Source of the DNA: Octopus sinensis | Lineage: Eukaryota | Assembly: GCF_006345805.1 (NCBI RefSeq) | Contig: NC_042998.1 | Location: 65,348,001 to 65,412,000 of the forward strand | Direction of reading: 5' to 3' | Length of the DNA stretch: 64,000 nucleotides | Shown: piece by piece, positions 55,968-64,000 of the stretch | Position numbering within the stretch: the first letter of the stretch is position 1 | Layout: every line of letters starts with the position of its first letter | Notes under the pieces: generated by a model | What the model saw: only the letters and a program-made list of their open reading frames with translations | The model's database searches: none | What the model was told of the DNA's origin: nothing | Position numbers and translations under genes: made by a program

Positions 55968-56337
55968 GGAAGCACTCCGTCGGTTACGACGATGAGGGTT
56001 CCGGTTGATCCGAATCAACGGAACAGCCTGTTCGTGAAATTAACGTGTAAGTGGCTGAGCACTTCACAGACACGTGCACCCTTAACGTAGTTCTCGGGGA
56101 TATTCAGCGTGACACAGAGAGGACAAGCCGGCCCCTTGAAATACAGGTACAACAGAAAAAGAAGTAAGAGTGAGAGAAAGTTGTGGTGAAAGAGTACAGC
56201 AGGGATCACCACCATCCCCTGCCGGAGCCTCGTGAAGCTTTTAGGTGTTTTCGCTCAATAAACACTCACAACGCCCGGTCTGGGAATCGAAACCGCGATC
56301 CTATGACCGCGAGTCCGCTGCCCTAACCACTGGACCA

Positions 56338-56338
<1 letters not shown>
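55968..56338 (-). mobile_element. Family H SINE, tail type 2
   Basis: Head and body as 347-500; unrelated 3' part. Confidence 0.88.
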
Positions 56339-56381
<43 letters not shown>

Positions 56382-56398
56382 TATATATAGGTATATAT

Positions 56399-56438
<40 letters not shown>

Positions 56439-58161
56439 AGAGAGAGATAAAATGTCAAAAAGACAGACAGTTAGATAGACAAGTACGTAGTAGACAAGGA
56501 AATGTGATTCCGTATATTTGGATCGGGAATTCTTCTGTGATCTCAATATTATTATCTCCTTTTGAGAATGTGCGATATTTCTTGTTCTGCTTAGTCGTGA
56601 AAGAGCATGTCCCAATGTGTATTTCATGTACTTTTTCTTGTTTAATTTTTCATATTTCCTCTCTCCAAAAGGCAATATTTCAAAATCCCGTGCCTAGTAT
56701 TCGCCGTTAAACGCAGATGCACCACTGTGCATAGTTTCTCTCATTAAAATATTTTTTTGTATCACATTTTTTTTTTGTTGAAATTACAAAAGTGTCAGTA
56801 ATTTTGTTTACTATGCTTTTTGGATTATACCTGAGAGATTTCGAATGCCTATCCTATTGAAGCATGAGTATAAGAATTCAGGTTCTCATGCAGGCAATGA
56901 TTATAGTTTAAATAATTTGCCCTTCTTTGTTGCAGAATAGGCCCATACACTTACTTTCATTTTCGTTTAGATCTAACTGAATTTTCTTACACATTGTATT
57001 GCTAGTTAATTTTAAGTCTGCTTATATCTAAATATACTCTCTAGGTCATTTAGATGAGCAATATAGAGATAAAATTGATTTCACCATACGTGTAATTGTT
57101 TGTCATATTTTCCTTTTCCTCTTTCTTCTGAACTGTTATATATGATTTCCTTTATATCTTCGTTTTGAATATCTGGATAAACTATAAACCATAATACTGA
57201 TATTGTCCTAATACTTGAAGAGTATTTTTCTGTACATATCAATGACGTGCTTAGGTTTTTCTGTTTTTATAAATCGAAATATATTTTTGAGATGTAATCT
57301 TTCTAGTCAGTTGAGCAATTTACTTATCAAAATAAACTGCGTAGTTGGTAATATTCTGAATAAACAATTTCGTAGTTGGTAATATTGTAATATCATGAAT
57401 TATCATGGAACTAGATAATGATTCTATTTTGCTAATATTTTCACTTTACCTCAGATACGTCTTATGCAATTATATTGTAGTCTATATAGTACGGATATTT
57501 ATTCATACACTATGTTGTAGTAAATGTTCATGGTATCAATTTTCTTCATATTTTTATGTCTTTTCAAACAATCCGTTATTTATTTTAAACAACTGATTCT
57601 CTAGACGCAGACACAAAAATAGCTTTTAAATCTTTCATCTTGCATGTATTTAGAAGTCGCACTTTTATCATTTCCCTTTCGTTTACACACATATTTCTCG
57701 TCAAGTGATACATTATTTTCTCTTGAATATTTTATTGACGTAGTTTCGATTATGGGCAAAAAGCACTCTTACAAAACACTATTGCTTTGCTATTAATTAC
57801 TCTGTGAGTTGCCTTTTATTTTAGAGCTAAATTACACTCCATATAAAAGCATTATTAACAAAATATATAATATTTTAACCACTGATAACACTGATTCTTG
57901 ATATTATGGAACGAACACCACAACCATCACCACCACTACCATCATAATCATCGTCGCCGTCGTTATTATCATCATCATCATCTTCAGTAGTGTTAATAGA
58001 ATTAGTAGCAACTTCAGCAAAAACGGTCACTACACACAAGAAACAACAGCAGCAGCAGCTGTAGTAGTAGTAGTATAGTAGTAGTAGTAGCAGCAGCAGC
58101 TCTGCATTTATAAGCAAGATATCGAGGATATCTGCGAGGAAGGCTGCCATTTGGAATTTAC

Positions 58162-58194
58162 CTTCATTTGCAGAACGAGTCGCAGTGCCATGCT
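58162..58194 (-). CDS. Candidate 33-nt exon (phase 0: SMALRLVLQMK; phase 1: xHGTATRSANE)
   Basis: Acceptor TTCTGTTTTTTTTTTTTTAATTTAG| and donor GAAG|GTAAAT; frame-preserving; GC-richer than flanks; product not recognised. Confidence 0.35.
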
Positions 58195-58719
58195 CTAAAT
58201 TAAAAAAAAAAAACAGAAATCAGCGCTTTCAGGCTTGCAGAATTGGTTGCGAAACTGAATTGTTAGGAAGATATATTAATGTTTTTCGTCCACATTTGTT
58301 CGGAAGTTTTAATAAATAAGTTTCTCCGTTATGTACAAAATGAAGAAAAAGATAAATCTAAAATCCAAATTTAATATTGAGAATATTGTATAATAATTTA
58401 ATATATGAGACTACCCAACGTTACTCAATTCAAAGAAATATCTACACAATATTTAACATATTTAATTCCGTAATGATTACTAAACATTTGTTGTAAATAT
58501 GATACAGTGAAGATTCTATGGAATTCAAGTAAATGAAAATATTTAGGATTTCTGTAAAGATTACGTACATATATTCATTGATAACAGGAACAAATCATAT
58601 CGAATATAGCAGAGAGTAATGATGGCTTGCACATATATTTATTTGTTTGTTGGTGTGCGTGTAAATATATGTATGTATGTAGTATAAAAATGTTCCCTTT
58701 TCTTCAACATATATATGTT

Positions 58720-58942
58720 TTGTTTGTTTTGTTTTTCCAGTTTCAGCTCTTGAGCTGTGGCCATGCTGGGGCACCGCCATTGTGGTGAAAGAGTACAGCA
58801 GGGATCACCACCCCCTGCCGGAGCCTCGTAGAGCTTTTAGGTGTTTTCGCTCAATAAACACACACAACGCCCAGTCTGAGAATCGAAACCGCGATCCTGC
58901 GACCGCGAGTCCGCTGCCCTAACCACTAGGCCATTGCGCCTC
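58720..58942 (-). mobile_element. Family H SINE head/body joined to tail type 3
   Basis: Head GAGGCGCAATGGCCTAGTGG; tail GGCGGTGCCCCAGCATGGCCACAGCTCAAGAGCTGAAAC. Confidence 0.85.
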
Positions 58943-59915
58943 TATATATATCAAGGGTATATATCAAGGGTATGAGAGGATTTGATGTCAAGAAGACACA
59001 AAGGCGTCAGAAAATGTTGAGTAAGAGCTATGGACGGACTAGAGTTAAGCTCCAGTTTCGATAATGATGTGAATGATGAGTCCGACGTGGGTCATATATA
59101 TATATATATATATATATCTATATATATATATATATATATATGGATATATACATACATATAGGTACACACCTTCATATATATGTATATATACGTGCATATA
59201 TGGTACAGGATATCGAAAAGACGTAGACAAATTAAGAAACGAGAACATAAAAAGCAAAAACATAGAAGCAAGCTTTTTTCGAACGACGAAAAAATCAAAC
59301 AGAGAAACCTGACATGCAACATAAAGAACATTCCTTTCATCAGTTGTCCCCCGTTTCATCTCCGCAATTCGAAGGCAAGGACAACTGCGACATCGTTAAA
59401 ACAGTCCTTCTCCCAAAGCAAATTAAATACAATTTTGGGTACTTTGCTGATGGTGAAAGTGGTAATAAAAACAGGACAGTGAGAACAAAATATAAAAAAC
59501 AAACGGTGAGACTATTAAATCAAGACGATGTGAAGTGGTGAACGCTGGGAAAACGAGCTTCGAGAAGAGACATTGTCTTTAGGAAGTTAGTGGAAGAATG
59601 ATGGATGGGCGTTGGTCATGTGTGAACAACGAGAGAATCAAGGAAGAAGTGTGAGAGAGATAGTGAGGAAACGGTGAAGGAGAGAGGAGAGGAATATAGA
59701 AAGGGTGGAAGAGAAAAATAGAGTGGGAGATAGATAGAAAGAAAAGATAAAATAATAGGGCGCATCAAAATTATTAACATAAAACGTACTTGGAATTCAA
59801 ACATATAATAATATAAATAATATATAAATATATGCATATATACATACATATATGTTAAAAAAGGAAACAGAAAGGAAAATACGCACACTTACATAGTTTT
59901 AATATAATTTTTAAT

Positions 59916-59950
59916 ATATCGACCGGTTTCTCTATCGCTATCCATGATAT
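59916..59950 (-). ncRNA. Minimal hammerhead-like fold (A3-U8 variant, copy 2) in an uninterrupted Penelope-type repeat (59870-59990)
   Basis: AUAUC AUGGAUA GC-GAUA-GA GAAAC CG GUC GAUAU; perfect 5-bp stem I. Confidence 0.5.
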
Positions 59951-60039
59951 TATGTTTTACTTATTTGAATATGTATTTTTCCTTAAAAAGAAATTTTGTC
60001 CATATTGTGTGTGATGAAAGAAATATTTATCCATATATG

Positions 60040-60119
<80 letters not shown>

Positions 60120-60488
60120 AACAGAAATGAAAAATGCAGTTATCAGTAAATGTCATGAGGGTGCTGGGTAGCAACTGTATTGCTACAAAGAACAGTTAAA
60201 TCTCTTAGATTTGCAAGGAAGGATATTTTAATATACTAATAGGGGAGATAAGCCTCCTGTAAGCAAAGCTATAACACTGTACAAGACTAGTTTCGTCTGT
60301 AAAATTTCAAACACGGTAGCAGTGACAGTTCCATAACCAAATGGGTTGGCTTAATCCAGGTAGCAGTATATATGTATATATATATATATAACGGGAAGCT
60401 TTATGAAAATAGACAAAAGACGAAGGCAGGTGGAAAACAAACAAACAATTGTATTAGTATGGCGCTCAGGAAATATAAATAAAACAAG

Positions 60489-60526
60489 TCTTTAACGTTT
60501 CGAGCCTACGCTCTTCAACAGAAAGA
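60489..60526 (-). ncRNA. Minimal hammerhead-like motif, A6U variant, in a Penelope-type repeat (~60390-60700)
   Basis: UCUUU CUGUUGA A GAGC-GUAG-GCUC GAAAC GUU AAAGA; stems I and II perfect. Confidence 0.65.
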
Positions 60527-60695
60527 TACACAGAGAGAAAAAAAACACAGAAAGAAAGAGAGAAAAAAAATGCGTGCAGTAACAAACGAATCAACATGGC
60601 GATCTGATTTCGGCCAGAGGTCAAAGATCAAACATGAGACGCGAGAGCGAAATTAGGGGAGATAATAGGGTTGATAATAGGGTTGAAGGACCAGC

Positions 60696-60963
60696 TATTA
60701 GTGCGTAGGAGAGGTCTGGACGTGTGTATGTATGGGGTTGGTGTATGTATTAGTATGTATTAGTATGTATAAGGGGGTGTGTGTGTGTATGAGAGAGTAT
60801 TAGTGCGTAGGATAGGTCTGGACGTGCGTATGTATGGGGTTGGTGTATGTATTAGTATGTATTAGTACGTATTAGTATGTGTAAGTGTGTGTGTGTGTGT
60901 ATGAGAGAGTATAAGTGCGTATGAGGGGTCTGGACGTGTGTATCTATAGGGTTGGTGTATGTA

Positions 60964-60966
<3 letters not shown>
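60696..60966 (+). repeat. GT-rich minisatellite, ~102-112-bp unit, about 2.5 copies
   Basis: Units start at 60696, 60798 and 60910 (TATTAGTGCGTAGGAGAGGTCTGGACGTG...). Confidence 0.85.
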
Positions 60967-61008
<42 letters not shown>

Positions 61009-61374
61009 TACGAATTTGTGGCTGAGCTAGCGATATGCTAATGTAAAAGTTACAAATTATATAGACAGCTTTACGCAAATATATATCCCTTTGAGACTGT
61101 TATCTCCCTTGTCAGTATTTGAAAACCTGATTCTTTGCAGTTCTAAGAGTTTTAACTCTTATTTATAAAAATATAGGTGATAACCAGCACCCTGTCACAT
61201 TTATCGACGATTGAATTTTTCCTATTTGGATTTGTATTGCCTAAAGCTGCCTACATTAATTTGTATAAATCTGTGAGGGTGAGTACATGAGAGAGAGAGA
61301 GAGAAAGTGAGTGTGTATATATAGATGTGTACACACACACACATATGCACGCACACTCACACACACATACATAT

Positions 61375-62206
61375 GCTGGGATTACACGTTATAACAAGAA
61401 TTTTGCAATAGTTTTTTATTAATTTTGTTTTCTTTGTTTAAACTTCTATCGCCTTCAAAGTATTCTTCATTTTATGAAACACATCGGTCCAGACGAGTTT
61501 TCCGCTCTTTCAAGCACTGTTAGAACATTTGCGATGTGATAGTTTTTAACGCCTCCATCGTTTTTTCTTCACCTCTTCCACGTCTGCAGATTCAGTAGCA
61601 CCTGCTTTCGTCACCAGTGATGACCTTCGAGAAAGGTCTGGATCAAATTCTAACTGTTCTTTCCGTTCCCGACATGCATTCAATCATGACGGCATTTGCA
61701 TTTCTGTGAGAAAGCGAGGCACAATTCTTCGCTCAAAATTCTTTGGCAGGTGCTCCAGGACAAACCAGTCATATGAACAAGTTCGTTAATTGTTCGTTGA
61801 CAATCCTCCAGTTCATGAATTTTCATGATGTTTTCATTCTTTCAGGATGTCGACAGTCAGTGTGAACGAAGACAGTCTTGCAGTGATAAGTAATCCTAAT
61901 GTATGCGTGGAAACGACTCATAAATTCGTGTTTGCTTATGACAGCGTCAAGTGAAGCTTGACAACGCTTTCGGCCTTCCGTTTTACCCAACAGAAAACAG
62001 AATTGCACGGAAGCACACTGTTCATTCGTTTCGGCGACAAGTAAATCGACGAACAATGACGCATCACATGGCAGTACAACACCAATGAAGGCCACCGGTC
62101 TGCAGATTGTGGATCGCATCAAGTGGTTTCTAACACAGGAATCCTGAACTACAACGGGTTCGCCCCATGCAGAAGGTTTGCATTAAACGTTGGCTACCCC
62201 CTCGTT
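61375..62206 (-). mobile_element. Mariner remnant with internal deletion
   Basis: EQCASVQFCFLLGKT N-terminus, EEYFEGD C-terminus, TIR-like CGAGGGGGTAGCCAACGTTT. Confidence 0.8.
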
Positions 62207-62230
62207 TGTGTGTGAGCAGGCATCTATGTA

Positions 62231-62267
<37 letters not shown>

Positions 62268-62995
62268 CATATAGATATATATATATATATATATAGATAT
62301 AATATATATAGACTTCAATGTATATATCTACACCTATACATTTATACGCACGTACATTTATATCTGTCTATGTATCTGTGTGTGTGTGTGCGTGTGTGTG
62401 TGCATACATACGTGTATATATATATATATATATATATGATGAAACATATCATGGCAAAAAATAAAATGCCTCGAGAAACATGGATACAAATGAATAAAAT
62501 GCCACGTAGAATTGTATAATCTACAAAAATTATAACCCAAAGTGAACGATCTCAAGAAGGAAAGCTGCAATTTCCTATAAATCAAAAGGTAAATTTACCA
62601 AAAATACAGTTAAGCGGAGTAAAATAAATAAAAATTTACTGGATGTTCGGTATTTTACACAGAATTTAGAACAAAGAATACTGTATAAAAGTTATATAAC
62701 ACTTTCCCCATACTTCCTAGCCTGTGCGATTAAATAGACGTATCATGTTGAAGTATATTTGCTATGCAACCGCTATCATTTTAAGGAAGCAACAATGATT
62801 GTCCAAGCATGCAAGTGATCATAACAACGTAATACAATAGAACTGGGAAATCAGTCCTGAGGAAACACATACAAAAAATATAATCCCGATCATAAATGTT
62901 TTTTTGTTATATATTGACGGGAATAATCTTAGTGATATAAATTACAAGAATGTGTGAAAGTATGTATGAGAAAGAAAATCGGAATTCTATAGAAA

Positions 62996-63036
<41 letters not shown>

Positions 63037-63287
63037 AATACGTAGAAACTGCAGGATAACAAATTCATTGAAGCGTGGATCACAGGATATTTACGACTTA
63101 CAATATTCAGCTTAGGGTGTGAGAATTAAATAATAATAAGCGCAATCGCAAAGGGAACTGTATAGAACTCGTTGTGATATGGCATGTGATCTGTACATAC
63201 ATGTTTATCATCTATCTATTTTCTATCTTTTTGTCTATCTACTCATCCATCAAAATTTCCATCTATATTTATGAATGCCCCACTCTC

Positions 63288-63383
<96 letters not shown>

Positions 63384-63830
63384 GTTTTAGAAACACCCCC
63401 AACTCAATCAACATTGAAAGATATTATACCCGACGAGCCGTCAAATATTAACTATGAAATTTACTATATCAATTCAGAATCCCATATTTTCCATTTTAAA
63501 GACAACACGTGTTTAATGACAGTATGTTTGTATTTTTGAGATATAAGGTCTCTAGTTTCAATACTTAGTTAGATCGACGTACTCCCAATCTTCAGGTCTG
63601 GATCCCACACCTTTATTACTCTATCTACATTGTATATCGCTCTGAAGATTGAAATTATTTGACAGAAAATCGTTAACAAAATTTTACTTTACAAATTAGT
63701 GAATAAAAATAAAAATAAAATAATGAATAAACCTTAAAAACTTAAGAAATAAAAATCTGACTGAGATTAACTAGAATCTGACTGTGGCTAACTAGTAGTA
63801 ACATACTCTCTTCACTATATATATATATAG

Positions 63831-63861
<31 letters not shown>

Positions 63862-64000
63862 CTCTTTTACTCTTTTACTTGTTAAGGTCGTTTGACTGCG
63901 GCCAGCTGGAGCACTGCCTTTAGTCGAGCAAATCGACCCCGGGAGGATTATTCTTTGTAAGCCCAGTTAACTTATTCTGTCGAGGTATATTTTTGCCGAC
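63862..64000 (-). mobile_element. 3' tail of the same SINE family as 44615-45058 (runs out of window)
   Basis: Inverted match to 44930-45058; (ACTCTTTT)n end. Confidence 0.85.

Noticed and set aside
60180-60300. TM-like minus frame RKLVLYSVIALLTGGLSPLL
   Set aside because: Largely overlaps the 128-bp inverted repeat arm, so it is probably repeat-derived

Overview
AT-rich, repeat-saturated eukaryotic DNA, inferred to be an octopus/coleoid cephalopod intron or intergenic block from the (TA)n/(AAT)n seas and SINE types (inference only). I could not recognise any host protein-coding gene. Nearly all ORFs in the track are microsatellite translations or transposon remnants. The window is dominated by R4/Dong-like REL-endonuclease non-LTR retrotransposons of at least 4-5 subfamilies stacked inside (AAT)n arrays in a fixed orientation. 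With them are a ~550-bp non-coding (AAT)n-embedded element and two internally deleted or chimeric derivatives. Also present: a 5'-truncated but open CR1/L2-type LINE, mariner remnants and MITEs, a non-autonomous Helitron, and several tRNA-derived SINE families. The most interesting signal is a set of short Penelope-type terminal repeats carrying minimal hammerhead-ribozyme folds from several distinct families. In these the tertiary 3-8 pair appears covaried (C-G, U-A, A-U) and position 6 is variable. A few candidate host exons are given only at low confidence.
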